The notes under the pieces were generated by a model. It ran no database searches. It was not told the DNA's origin and saw nothing but the letters and a program-made list of their open reading frames with translations. Made by a program: the position numbers and the translations under genes. This document shows positions 1 through 12,409 of a DNA stretch of 64,000 nucleotides, piece after piece; position 1 is the first letter of the stretch; every line of letters starts with the position of its first letter. The stretch lies in assembly GCF_009914755.1 (NCBI RefSeq), contig NC_060927.1, one strand, 5' to 3'. This DNA comes from the human T2T-CHM13v2.0 reference genome, Homo sapiens.

Positions 1-426
1 AATTACTCTCCACATTGTAATTTTCTTTGTTACACACTGGCTTTCAATAAAGTCTTATGTTAATGTTCCTATTCAGTCTCTCTTTTGCTGCCGGTAATTA
101 ATAAAAAAGTTAATATGTCAATGCTTAGGCCAGGAGCTACATACTACGCAGCACCATAGAAATAACAAACATAATTAATTAGAGTCTCCAAGCTGTATCT
201 CTGGGGTGAGTTAGTCCTCACTACAAGACACTCGTTCAACACAGACTATGGAGAATTAACAGTATGATGTCAGTCAAGAAGTTGTTGGGTTTTCCTTACC
301 AAGTCCTTATATAATTTCAGGCAAATCCTTTGAACCACAGAAAAATATCAAAAAACTCTGCGTTCCAATTATAGGTTAAAAGTGTTTGAGGGACACGAAG
401 GATAGGGTAGGGAATCGAAGGGACAT

Positions 427-805
427 TGATCTGGTTTGAATCTGTGTCCGTGCCCAAATCTCATGTTGAATTGTAATCCCAGTGTTTGAGGAGGCGCCAG
501 GTTGGAGGTGATTGGATCATGGGGGCAGACTTCCCTCTTGCTGTTCTTGTGACAGTGAGTTCTCATGAGATCTGACTGTTTAAAAGTATATGGCACATCC
601 CCCCTCACTCTCTTGCTCTTGCTCCAGCCATGTAAGATGTGACTCCTTCCTCTTTGCCTTACACCATGATCTTAAGTTTCCAGAGGTCTCCCAAGCTACG
701 CTTCCTGTACAGTCTGCAGAACCGTGAGCCAATTAAACCTCTTTTCTCTACAAATTATCCAGTCTCAGGCAGTTCTTTATAGCAAGGCAAGAACAGACTA
801 ATATG
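427..805 (+). mobile_element. Solo MaLR LTR (MSTA-like)
   Basis: Starts TGATCTGGTTTG..CCCAAATCTCATGTTGAATTGTAATCCC, has AATTAAACCTCTTTTC and ends GACTAATATG (terminal CA changed to TG); 5-bp TSD GACAT at 422-426 and 806-810. Confidence 0.9.
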
Positions 806-814
806 GACATTAAG

Positions 815-1030
815 ATTTATTAGACACCTTCTACATACCATGCACAGTCCTGGGCCCTACACAGGTTATTTTACCTAATCCTCACAATAACCCTGGCAAG
901 GCCAACACTGTTATTCACATGTTACAGTGGGAAAGCTAAAAGTCATAGAAAGTTGATTAATTGTCTGAAATATGGGGTCAGGTCCAGAATTCAAATCTAG
1001 TTTAGCTCACTCCAAATCCAAAGCTCTCTT
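815..1030 (-). mobile_element. MIR SINE remnant
   Basis: AATCCTCACAATAACCCT..GAATTCAAATCTAG..CTCCAAATCCAAAGCTCT resembles the reverse complement of the MIR core. Confidence 0.65.
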
Positions 1031-1204
1031 CATGACTTTTTTTAGGATGATGAATCCACAAAATGAACTTATGAGGACAATTCATATTCTTGAAGTGTTA
1101 AAAACAGGTAAGATAACATCATTTAGGGCCACCCACAGTCTAAGTCAGGGGCATCCCTGCTGTTTGTTCCTTGTTGATCATGACCCCATTTGAAATACTA
1201 GTTA

Positions 1205-1470
1205 ACAAATAGAGCTGGGGAAAGAGAAACTGAGGAAAGTGAGGCCTATGTTCAAGTGTTTGAAGAACTTGAGTATTGTGTGTGTGCAAGAGATTCACAC
1301 TAAGAACAAGATATCCTGTGTGTGTAGAGGCAAACTTGGATGCCTCTCTTCCACCCATGGAATAGATTACATCGCAAAATGAGGAAGTGGTTTTCCCACC
1401 ATCAGAGACTTTCCACTCAAGATCAGGAGCAATACCATGGGAAGTGGGTTTCAAGAAATCAGACAGGTAT
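1205..1470 (+). mobile_element. Possible CR1/L3 LINE remnant
   Basis: GAGGAAGTGGTTTTCCCACCATCAGAGACTTTCC..CAAG resembles the degraded L3 3' region; weak similarity. Confidence 0.35.
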
Positions 1471-2271
1471 TCTATAAAATGATTAAGGTCAGCATTGCTG
1501 GGGGTGGAGAGTGAATCAAAATCATTATAGGCTGCATCCAAGGCAATACTTGGGAAAACTTTTGTTCATTTTAAAGGACATAAAAAAGGGAAAATAAGGA
1601 ATCATGAATCAACAATGAAACTGATTGCTGGGGATGTGGGAGAAATGACAGAAGGATGGAAGATTCAAGGAGATAGTCACGGAAAGCACATCTTTACTAA
1701 CCCGGAAAGAAAGCACAGAGCTAAACACTTCTATATGGCATCAAATGTGTATTGTAAAGGCTGGCATAATTGATTAAATAAGTAGATTTTTAACACATGG
1801 TTGAAAACCTAAATGATAATGTTCCTCTGAGTTGTGGTATTTGAGAATAAGAAAAAGAAAACATATTAACCTATTAAGTTGTATGTGAGGAAAGCTCCCC
1901 TGGAAAGGCCAGGGTAAAAAGCTACTAGGTTGTTCGTCAAAACTACAGTGGATTCTATGGAAGATGGTCATTGACTCTTTTGGATTCTTGTGTAGGAAAG
2001 ATCCCAGTTTGGGGTAAGGCACCTCAAAATAACCAAAAGCCGATGAGCTTAAAGGTGAGCACAGAACCAAAGGAAAATGGTCGGGGGTGGAAATCGTGCT
2101 GTTAGGAGCTCTGCTATGGTTCCCTCACATCAGGCCTTCTGCAGGTTAAGTGTTAGGCTCATATTAGAGAGTGTGAAAAGGAAATACTTACTTTAAGTTG
2201 CAGTCATGGTTATTTCCCACGAGATCTACCAATTCCACTAAAAGTAATCACAGAGAAATCTGGAGACTCAA

Positions 2272-2692
2272 TGATGTAGTTCAGATGTTAATCCCCTCCA
2301 ACTCTTATGTTGAAATATGATCACCAATGTTGGAGGTGGGACCTGGTGGGAGGTGTTTGGGTCATGGGAGCAGATTCCTCATAAATGGCTTGGTGCCCTC
2401 TCCACGGTAATGAGTGAGTTCTCACTCTGTTAGTTCATGTGAGAGTTAATTGTTAAAAACAGTCTGGGGTGTACCCCCTCTCTCTCTTGCTCCCTCTCTA
2501 GCCATGTGGCACTAGCTGTTCCCCCTTCGCCTTCTGCTGTGAGTGAAAGCTTCTTGAAGCTCTCACCAGAGACAGATGCTGGTGCCATGCTTCTTATACA
2601 ATCTACAGAATCACAAGCCAAATAAACCTCTTTTCTTTATAAATGCCCAACCTCAGGTATTTGTTTTTAGCAACATCAAATGGGCTGCTACA
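2272..2692 (+). mobile_element. Solo MaLR LTR (MSTB-like)
   Basis: TG...CA ends; TGTTGGAGGTGGGACCTGGTGGGAGGTGTTTGGGTCATGG; AATAAACCTCTTTTCTTTATAAAT; near-TSD CTCAA/CTTAA. Confidence 0.9.
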
Positions 2693-3350
2693 CTTAATTA
2701 TTGGCAAAAAGAAAGAAATACGTAAATCTCAGTACACACTCACAGCTCATCATATAGTATCTTTGATTTCATTTGTCAGGAAGAAAAACAAGAATCACAA
2801 TTTGGAAAAACTCAAAACCAATTGGAGAAAACTGACTACAAATTGGAAAAAAAAAGTCTTACAAAATGTTTTATCAATAAAATGCTACAAAACACAATGA
2901 AGGGGGTGGAGAGATATTCGACGAGAATCGACAGTGGCCACTACATGCATGAAGTTAGGAGCTTTAAAAGGCAACCATCCCATTTCCTGCTTGACAATGT
3001 TTAACTGACTCCATGCACAGTATTATCTTTAAAATTAGAAAGTAAGCATGTGTTCCACCAGTAGGTGAGAAAGTTGTGTGACCATAGAAAGGTCACTTAA
3101 CCTCTGTACATCAATTTACTCATCCATAAAATGAGAAATTGTTAAAAGAATAACTGATGATCTTTATGATTTAAGTCCTTTAATGAAGATTACTTTTGGA
3201 AGGGTTCTGGAACCATGTGTGACACTCAGTTTTAGAGAGTCTAAACAATAAGAAAAAAAAGTATATAGTCTAAAGTACCCAAATATTTTCAATGTGACTG
3301 CTTACTTGAAAAAAAAAAATGGCTTTAGTAGCTGTAGCAAAGATTGTCAG

Positions 3351-3710
3351 CATGGAACACTATGCAGCCATAAAAAAGGATGAGTTCATGTCCTTTGGAG
3401 GGACATGGATGAAGCTGGAAAGCATCATTCTCAGCAAACTATCACAAGAACAGAAAACCAAACACCACATGTTCTCACTTATGAGTGGGAGTTGAACAAT
3501 AAGAACACATGGACATAGAGAGGGGAACATCACACATCAGGACCTGTCAGGGGATGGAGGGCCAGGGGAAGGATAGCATCAGGAGAAATACCTAATGTAG
3601 GTGACGGGTTGATGGGTGCAGCAAACCACCATGGCATGTGTATACCTATGTAACAAACCTGCACATTCTGCACATGTACCCCAGAACTTAAAGTATAATA
3701 AAAAAAAAAA
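3351..3710 (+). mobile_element. 5'-truncated L1PA (primate L1) 3' end with poly(A)
   Basis: GCAGCCATAAAAAAGGATGAGTTCATGTCCTTTG..ATGTACCCCAGAACTTAAAGTATAATAAAAAAAA is the L1PA 3' terminus. Confidence 0.95.
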
Positions 3711-4476
3711 GAGTAAATGACTCATCTCAACGAAACTCTCTTGAAGCTGCTAAGTTCTCCCAATTTTAGTTCAAACTGAATTCCTCTATCTCTGAATAAG
3801 TGGTGGTGGTGGTGAAGGAAAGAAATATGAAGATGTCTATTAACTGGGGAGATGGCCCAAAACAACATAAAGCTGTCCCTGTCATAGTTGGACTTCAAAG
3901 GTTTTTGCTTTAGTTTATTTTTTTTTTGGCTTTTGGTATTTTTTTTTCCTGTGTACAATTTCTATATAGATAAGAAATCTTAGATAACTGTTGGTGAACA
4001 GTTTTGTAATAATTTGGATAAAAGACAGAGATAATTCTATAGTGAGGAGAGTCAACAGAGGAAATACATTCTAATGGATTTGTTTCTAGCCTGAGCTGAA
4101 TTTTTATTCTGATGTTACTTACTCAGTACGGAACTTTGAACAAATTATTCCTCTTTTTTGGTCTCTATTTCCTTATTCTTAAAATGAGATTAACCAGATG
4201 ATTGCTAAGGTCTCTTTCTACTCTAAAATTCTGTGACTCTAAATATAGTGCTCACCGACATCATATTACTTAAACAAAACAAAGTAGGAAGCATTTTCTG
4301 TCATCTTCCAAAGTAACTTCAGAGTAGTTAACTAAAGTGAAAAGAGCATTGGTTATCCTTCTTTCCCCAGGCCATTGGCTAGATTCCCTCAGTCCCCAGA
4401 AGAACTAAACCTGACTCATTAATCTTGTGCCACAAAGCCCTTCTCTATAACTCTGGATAAAGGCAATATTATTTAA

Positions 4477-4690
4477 AGCTAACATTTTTCAAGTGCTTAT
4501 CATTTACCAGGAACTGGTCTAAGCACTTTATATGTATCAACTTATTATCACAACCACCCTATTAAATGGGTATTATTGTCAACACGTAAACAGAGGAACA
4601 AAAAAAAGTAACTTGGCTAAGGTTATACAGCTGTCAAAGGGAATGACCATGATTTGAACTCAGCAAGTTTGGGTTCAGCCTCTTAGTAAT
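4477..4690 (-). mobile_element. MIR SINE
   Basis: AGCTAACATT..GTGCTTA..CTAAGCACTTTATATGTAT..GTAACTTGGCTAAGGTTATACAGCT..GATTTGAACTCAG. Confidence 0.75.
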
Positions 4691-6737
4691 TGATGAATCA
4701 CATTTCAGTTATGTGGTCCCAGTGTAGTAGGAGAGGAAGGGTGCTAGTTCTGGTGCTAGTGATGGCTATGATAGCTCTTCTTTTTTGTTCTATATGCAAA
4801 GAAAACATGTGGCTGGGCAGGGTGGGAAAACCTGATGTGAAGAATGCTCTCAGCTATAAGAGTTGGGAGCAAGCCCATGCTTTCCCCTTCCAAATACCGG
4901 AAAATCTTCTAAGTAAGCCTTGATATGACAGCTCCGTGAGTTTATAATCCTAACTGAGCCCTGTAATAGCATAGCATCTCACTTCTACTTCCTTGAAAAT
5001 TGTGGGTAAGACTTAATCCTGCTTCTGAAGCAGAATCAGGCCTAAATGTGTGGCTCACTAATTTTCTTTTTTGTTAGAGAGCCCCCTGTTGCATAATTTG
5101 TGTAATTAAAGTATGTATAGCTTTGCTAAGCAATTCTCCTAGAGCCACTAAAATGTGTGAGTGTTTTAGAAATTATATTGGCATAAAATACCAACCTCTG
5201 ATTTTCTTTTTGGAGTGTTCCATCTTAGGGAGCCATTTTATAAGTATGTATCTAGAAGAGCGACTTAACACAGCATTAAGTCGCTAAATTCTCGGGTTTT
5301 TCATTCTAATGTATAACTGCTGTTAGCTTATTGAGAGAGCCTGGGCAAACAGCTTAAACTTTTTGTTTCTTAAGATCATTTCCAAAATGAATACAACAGA
5401 CTCTCATGACAAAGATTTACATGCAAAGATTTAGATATGGAATCACCACATACAATACTTGGAATGGAAAGAACTTTAAGAATTATTCAGGCTTATGCCC
5501 TCATTTTAAAGATTATGAAATTGAAGACCAAGAAAGGTGCAACATGCTTTAGGTCACACAGTTCTTGGTAGCTTAAGCAGAAACACAGCCTAGGCCTCCT
5601 GATTCTACGATCAGTGGTTTCTCTGGTATAAGGTTTAATTTTTCTATTAAAGACTATATTTTAGGCTTTTTAAAAAAGTTCTAACAAAAGCTAGTAGGTA
5701 CAAAATGACACAGTTTATAGAAGCTTCCCATTCAAGCCTCACAACCACTCAGTAAGACAGTTACTAGTTATTATCAACACTCACTATATGCCTAATTTAT
5801 AGATGCATAAAGAGAAGCTCAGGCTGCTGAGGAAGTGGTCCAAGGTCACACTAGCATTCTAGCTCTGATCTCCGAAATTTGAAATTTATTTTCTTCTTCG
5901 GACCTTTTCTTCACCCCGCCCTCTTTAAATTTGTTTCACGTCAGATCAAATGAATTATAAAGTCTTCAAAAAAAAAAAAGACTATTAATGCTTTCCCCAA
6001 AACGTCCCCAGTTAGCATATAAGCTAAGCATTTCTTCACTGGCCACTTCCCCAGATCCTGTTCATCTGACATCTATTTTCAAATAAAACAGGATTCCTTA
6101 GAACAGTAGGAATTTCTCACACTGGTTTATTGCATAGGAAAAGAGAGTCATAATTCTTTTTGTAACCATAGAAGTATCATCAAAATACAGAATTATTTGT
6201 AATGCTAATGAGAATTTTCTTCACCAGGTAGTGCTGTTTGCAAAACATCTGGTGCACCATGCCAAAAATACATAGGAGCTGAAAGGCAGGATGCAAACTT
6301 TGCCTCAGGATCTTCTCCACCAGGTAATTTCAAGACAGGCATTGCCTTTAATATATGTATTAGATGTTGCAGCATCTGATAGTCACATAACTAATTTCTT
6401 TAATTAGTTCACCCCTTGTGCATCTTGGCTTCAAGGATTCAATTAAACACAAAACTTGCAACTCAGTGCTAGAGTATTCATTAACCTGCAAGTTATCTTT
6501 TAAAACAACTATAGTCTAGGGAAAATTTCATGAAGATATGAATTTGCCTTTGTCCTGAATATATATAATTTGAATCACATGCCACAGGAGGAGAGTCTAT
6601 AAACAACGTTTATTCTTAGCAATGATTCACCGTACACACAGAGAGACACACACACAAACACACACACGTATCTTTACATCTTACCAATTTCTTTGTTTAC
6701 CTATAATAAAACTTTGCAATAGGCCATGTTTTTTATC

Positions 6738-6936
6738 CCTTCACCAGTCTTCTTGCCTCAGCATTTTATAATTTTATGCATATACAATATACATATGTTT
6801 ATAAAATATGATACATCCTACATACAAGATGCATACAAGGTGAGTTGTCATGCATACACATATTTGTTGTTTTATATGTATACTGCATATATGTGTGTAT
6901 AAAATTTTAAAATGCTAAGGTAAGAACTGGTGAAGG
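6738..6936. repeat. Long imperfect inverted repeat (hairpin), possibly an ancient MITE
   Basis: Left arm CCTTCACCAGTCTTCTTGCCTCAGCATTTTATAATTTTAT pairs with right arm ATAAAATTTTAAAATGCTAAGGTAAGAACTGGTGAAGG; pairing continues inward to about 6836-6847. Confidence 0.8.
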
Positions 6937-8699
6937 AGAGGAAGAAAAGCGGTCTCCTGCCAACTTTTTCTACCAAAGCATTTATGTGCTTTTCCTTTTA
7001 CATCCATCCCTCAGTCATTGGGCACTTACCACATGCCAAACTGCTTATCACATGGGAGACATAAAGAAATAAAACATAATTTCTCTCCTTAGAACGTACT
7101 GTCTAGTGGATGGACCTGATATTTTATGTAATAACAGAATGAAGCAAATACAAATGAAAGGTGGGCTCTGTGCTGGGATGTTCAGGAGAGAAGGACACTC
7201 TTCTCAATTACAAGGGTCCTTACAAGGTTTCACCATGGAGTGACATGAGAACTGCCCACTTAAGGAAAAGTGGGATGCAGTCTCCCAGGAATAAGTCTGA
7301 GAAAGGCCTTCTAAACAGACAGGAAAGGAAAAGCACAAAGGTGTCAAACATCAAGGTTATGTCAGGCTGTGGAAGTCCTCCAGGGCAGCGATCCTATGTG
7401 TCTACTATCATTTCTCATATGTCAAACTCATGATTAATAAAATTAAATCAATCAAACAAAACAATAAATGAATGAACAGTGTTTTGAGAGTGTTACCAGC
7501 TTATTGGGTCAAGAAAATAAGATATATGGAGATATATGATAGAAATCATAATAAATCACTAGCGAATAGAATGCATTGCTGTGGAATTTGTGCCTCATCC
7601 TAAAGGCAACAGAGAGCTATTGAAAGTTTTTTAAGAGAACTGTGATAGAATTTAATCTATAAAGTCATGTACTATTGTAGCTTTTAATGAAAATAATTGG
7701 GTTAAATGTGGTACAACAGAGTAGTAATCAGATTCATTCATTACATTAAAATTAAATAGTATTAAACTAAATTTCAATACATTAAAATTACATGGGGATG
7801 GAACTGTCTTACTACAACTTTCTTAAATGGATATAAATAGCACTTGAGACAAAGCTCCAAGAGATCAAGTTCATAGGTGTTACACTTATTCTCACCAAGT
7901 TTATAGCTCTTTACAAATGTTATTGAAAAGTTATCTGTTTTCATAAGTAGAAAAACACATATAAATATCCACAAACTCTCCCACGGCTATACATAACACA
8001 CAGCATGGACTAGTAGTGTAAGACCTGGATATGGTGTTGCTATTACCATTAACTTGGTCTAAGATCCTGGGCTTTTCCTCCCCTTGCTAGGCTCCAGTTC
8101 CCTAATCTATAAAAGGAGGGGGGAAATGGTGCCCTCCATGGTCTGCTTTAGCTCTGATAGTCTGTGATTCCAATGTGGTCTCTGGAATGGCCTCTGTTAG
8201 TTTCCACACTTAGCACAGCAGAGGGCTAGGGAGTGATGAGCCTCATAGTATTGTCAGAGGGAAAAATATCACATCCTTTTCTTTACTCACCTAAAATTGA
8301 ACAAATACAGGTATAAAGTGAAAAATGAGGCAGGAAGCTACAAGGGAACATTGCATTATGTTTAATGCTACTTTTGAAAATATATTAGGCTTCAAATTTG
8401 GAAATCTGTGTAGCTCTTCAAACAGATGTTATATTTTACCCCAGAGATGACCCCATTTTAGATGATGGCAATCCAGTATGTATAATAATATTCTTCATCA
8501 ACTTCCTAAATTACTTGAGAGTTGTAGGAGATAAAAAGTGTAATACAAAAGAAAGATGGTGACATCCCAGTAACTATATTAAGAGCTAGAGAGACTGTGA
8601 GCACATTTACTTTTATCCTTAGCTATGTTTGAAAGAGAGACACTTACATAAGTAGTATCAGGATTTAAAAGAACCAAATGTCTCAAGAGTAGAAGAGTA

Positions 8700-8925
8700 T
8701 TTGACTTGTAACCAAAATCTTGATTTTAAATTTTAATTATTTAAGTAAATAACGGTAGAAACGTAGGTTAATTACTAATTTACTGTCTCTTAGTTTGGTA
8801 GTCATCTTTGAAACGGAAATAAAAATACTTACTGATACGATTATTTTGAGGTATACAAAAATACATTATAGTAATTACTTGGCATGGTTTATGGCACGCA
8901 GTATGTGCTGAATAAATGCTAGCTT
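8700..8925 (+). mobile_element. Degraded MIR SINE
   Basis: 3' part TGGCACGCAGTATGTGCTGAATAAATGCTAGCT matches the MIR tail. Confidence 0.5.
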
Positions 8926-8982
8926 TTTTTCCTGGGACTTTTCAATAACGTTTGTAGAGCACTATAAGAGTAGAAGAGTGTA

Positions 8983-9276
8983 GGCTGGGCATGGTGGCTC
9001 ACACCTGTAATCCCAGCACTTTGGGAGGCAGAGGCGGGTAGATCACGAGGTCAGGAGTTCGAGACCAGCCTGACCAACATGGTGAAACCCCGTCTCTACT
9101 AAAAATACAAAAATTAGCCGGATGTGGTGGCAAGCGCCCATAATCCCAGCTACTCAGGAGGCTGAGGCAAGAGAATCGCTTGAACCCAGGAGGCAGAGGT
9201 TGCAGTGAGCTGAGACTGCCATTGCACTTCAGCCTGGGCGACAGAGCAGGACTCCGTCTCTGAAAAAAAAAAAAAA
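8983..9276 (+). mobile_element. Alu SINE (AluS)
   Basis: GGCTGGGCATGGTGGCTCAC start, A5TACA5 linker, poly(A) tail; TSD core AGTAGAAGAGTGTA. Confidence 0.97.
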
Positions 9277-11955
9277 GAGTAGAAGTAGAAGAGTGTAAGT
9301 TGTTTAACACTTTCTCATGATGTACGTAGTAGTGCCAAACATACTCTAGGTTCTCAATGAACATAAAACACAGATGAATTTTTAAATTAGCATGAACACT
9401 TTGACATGTGATTTGCATTATCTGGATAGGACAATCTGACGTTAATTCTAATCAATATGGTAGGCATTTATTTCATTTAGTAAATAAATACAAATAGCAG
9501 TAGAGTGGTTCTCACATCATTTCATTTAGTGCCCAGTAGTATGTGTTTCTGGAAAGATGTGTAAAGAGACAATTTTTTCAAGAGCAGATACTGAGAGGCT
9601 CTTGAAGTGCATTCCCTGGTACCATTCTGAGAGAGCATCAATGTCACTAAGACTTGGCAGCAGGGAGCAGCACTCATCTGTGTGACTTCCAAGAAACACA
9701 GAGACAGCCACTTACTGCAGCCACCAGCAGAGAAGTAGGTATGGGGGACACAGCCTCTTCTCATGCCTGCCGGCATCTGAAACAATATCCCTCTTGATTT
9801 TGTGTTTGCTTAGATCAGAGTGCAGACTCAAGGCACTCACATAACCTGCCACTGAGAATGTCTTAGAACTTCAACTGTGCTTTGCCAACCAAAGCCAAAG
9901 GATGTTAATATTGTGTAGCAAGTTGGGTCAGGTAGAAAATGCTTTTCTTATTCAAGCCCTTCAAGATCTTTCTCAATTGCAACTTTCTTGTGGTCTCCTA
10001 ACAGGATCCCCCTCCGCCACCCAAGTCTGAATGTCAAAAGCACTTTCTGGTTTTGCCAAAGGAAAGGCAGCTTCCTACCTTGCATTACATTGATTTGTGT
10101 CTCAATTGTGTCTATCTCCTCTACTCGACCATGATTTCCTAGAAGGCAGGGAGTCTAAATTCCTCCTTTTAGAAACAGTCAGTTTAATTAAAGGTGTGTT
10201 AGAGGGAAGAATCAGGAGAGGAAGAAGGGAAGGGGGAAACAGTTCACATGTATGAAAATAAGGGAAATAAATTACTATGTCTGAAAGCAGCCACTCTAAT
10301 AATGATGTTGATTTTTATACTCCTGACTTGTCAAACAGATAATTATGAGAAGGTTCCATCTGAAAAATAAATTAGAGTATCTGGGTCTTAAAAAAGAAAA
10401 AAGAAAAAACACTGCTTGGAATGTTATTAATATATAAATGATCTAAAACTTGACAGTGACTCTTCTCTTGGGTTCTCATAATTGGGCAATGCTTCGGAAG
10501 ATGGTAGAAGGAAGTCCAAATCTGGGCATAATCCCGTACTTCCCCAGACTGGGGACAATGTCAGACTTTGAAACAGTAAAATATGAGAGAAAAAAAACCT
10601 GTATATTTTACAAACTAACAGAAAGAAGGAGGGATTTTATGAATCAATTATTCCAGCACCTTAGCTTTAGATGAAGGATATGAGGTTGTTCCTTTAAGTA
10701 TTTCATAGGCTTTGAAAGCTCTGTGAGTCTGCATATGGCAATCCTTCTGTCTGGAATTACTTCTGCTGTGTTTGACCCACCTCCATTGCCGTCTTTTCCT
10801 TGAAACCTTCTCTCATTCCTCCAGTCAGTTTATTCATCCTTCTTAAAGACCCATGGATCACTTTTAAATACTTTTATTTATACACTGATATATGTTGGCT
10901 TTCTCAATTAGATCATGAATTTATTTTGGGCAAAAACTATGTTTACCCTACTCACCCCAAACACCTAGCACAATGCCTGAAAAAAAGAGTACTTCACAAA
11001 TTAATATTGAGTTGAAATATTTAAGTTCACTGGAAGAGATGAGGGAAGAGGACAGCATCAACTTACCTCTTCACGAAGCTTAAGACATCTGACTCTTGTT
11101 TATAACAGCCCTCGCAGATTAATAATTTTAAACTGTAAAGCACACTGGCACCACTTAAAGACTGGCTTGTGAAGGATCACTCAAAGAACAGGCCATATTT
11201 TGATGGAATGGAAGGAGGAGCTTGTCCTCTATACTGCAGTATTTTGGAAAAAGAAGTGGACTGAGAAAAATGCAGTCCTTTCTTTCTTTTCCTAACTTCC
11301 CCCTCCAACATTTTTCTCTTATTTCTCCTTGTCTTCCTTTATGTGCTCCTCCTCTTTCTCCTTTGCATAAAGTATTGATAGTCATATCCTTAAAATACTA
11401 CAAAATCTCTCTGCTTTCTACATGCATTACTCCTTCTCTAGAACTATGTGCCTACACTTTACCCAAAAGGCCAAGTGTACTTCGTGATGGCTGCCATGAA
11501 AAATAAGAAAAAAGAAAGCTGGTTAGATATTAATGCACTTGTGTTTAAACCACAATGTATGTTACTTTTTGTGGGGGTTGTACTATACATTGGTGCTTGT
11601 TTATCTTGGCAAATGAGGTAAGGTAGGTAACAATATTTATAGATTTGAGAAGATATCTCTTAACGCCATTCTGGAAAAAAAAATGCAGCTGGTGTATTTT
11701 GCTAGAAAATACTCTCAAGGAAAAACAATAAGGTAAAAGGCCCTTAAGATATTTTTTTGCAACAAACAAATACACTTCTGTATAGATATACCAGATGCTT
11801 TCTTCAAAGCCACACAGAGTAGATTTTCAATGGTAATAAAATGATTGTCTCTGTTGCCACTATTCTATTTTAGTTAAATAGCATTAGCAATTTTAAGATA
11901 ATCTCATTTTGGAAGTATTATAATTACCTTAAGAATTTGGCCTTCTCTTTGCTTG

Positions 11956-12409
11956 CATATGTTCATAGCAGCATATTCACAATAGCTAAAAAGTGGAAGC
12001 AACTCAATGTCCATTGATGGATAAATCAATAAACCAAATGTGGTATGTACCAACAATGGAATATTATTCAGCCTTAAAAAAAAAAGGGAATTCTGTCACT
12101 ATGGATGAACTTGAGGGCATTATGCCACATGAAATCAACCAGCCACAAAAAGGCAAACACTGTATTATTCTTCTTGTATGAGGTATTTAAAGTATCATAT
12201 CCACAGAAGAATAAAGTAGGGTGGTGGTTTCCAGGAGCTGGATAAGGGGAAAATGGGGAATAGCTGTTCGGTGGGTATAGTTTCGGTTCTGCAAGATGAA
12301 AAAGTTTTGGAGATCCATTGCACAGCGGTGTACTTAATATTACTAAACTGTACACTTAAAAATAGTAAAGATGGTAAAGTTTATCTGTTTTATCTCAATG
12401 AAAAATAAA
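11956..12409 (+). mobile_element. Old L1 3' end (L1MB-like)
   Basis: ATGTTCATAGCAGCA..ACAATGGAATATTATTCAGCCTTAAAA..CTGTACACTTAAAAATAGTAAAGATGGTAAA. Confidence 0.88.

Noticed and set aside
8685-9298. Three copies of AAGAGTAGAAG(AGT)
   Set aside because: Two are the Alu TSD; the third is low-complexity purine sequence and probably chance.
8999-9418. 139-aa ORF and similar ORFs at 19299, 21629, 24671, 43641, 45051-45335, 53959 and 56351
   Set aside because: Translations of Alu sequence ([25 protein letters not shown]), a well-known artefact.
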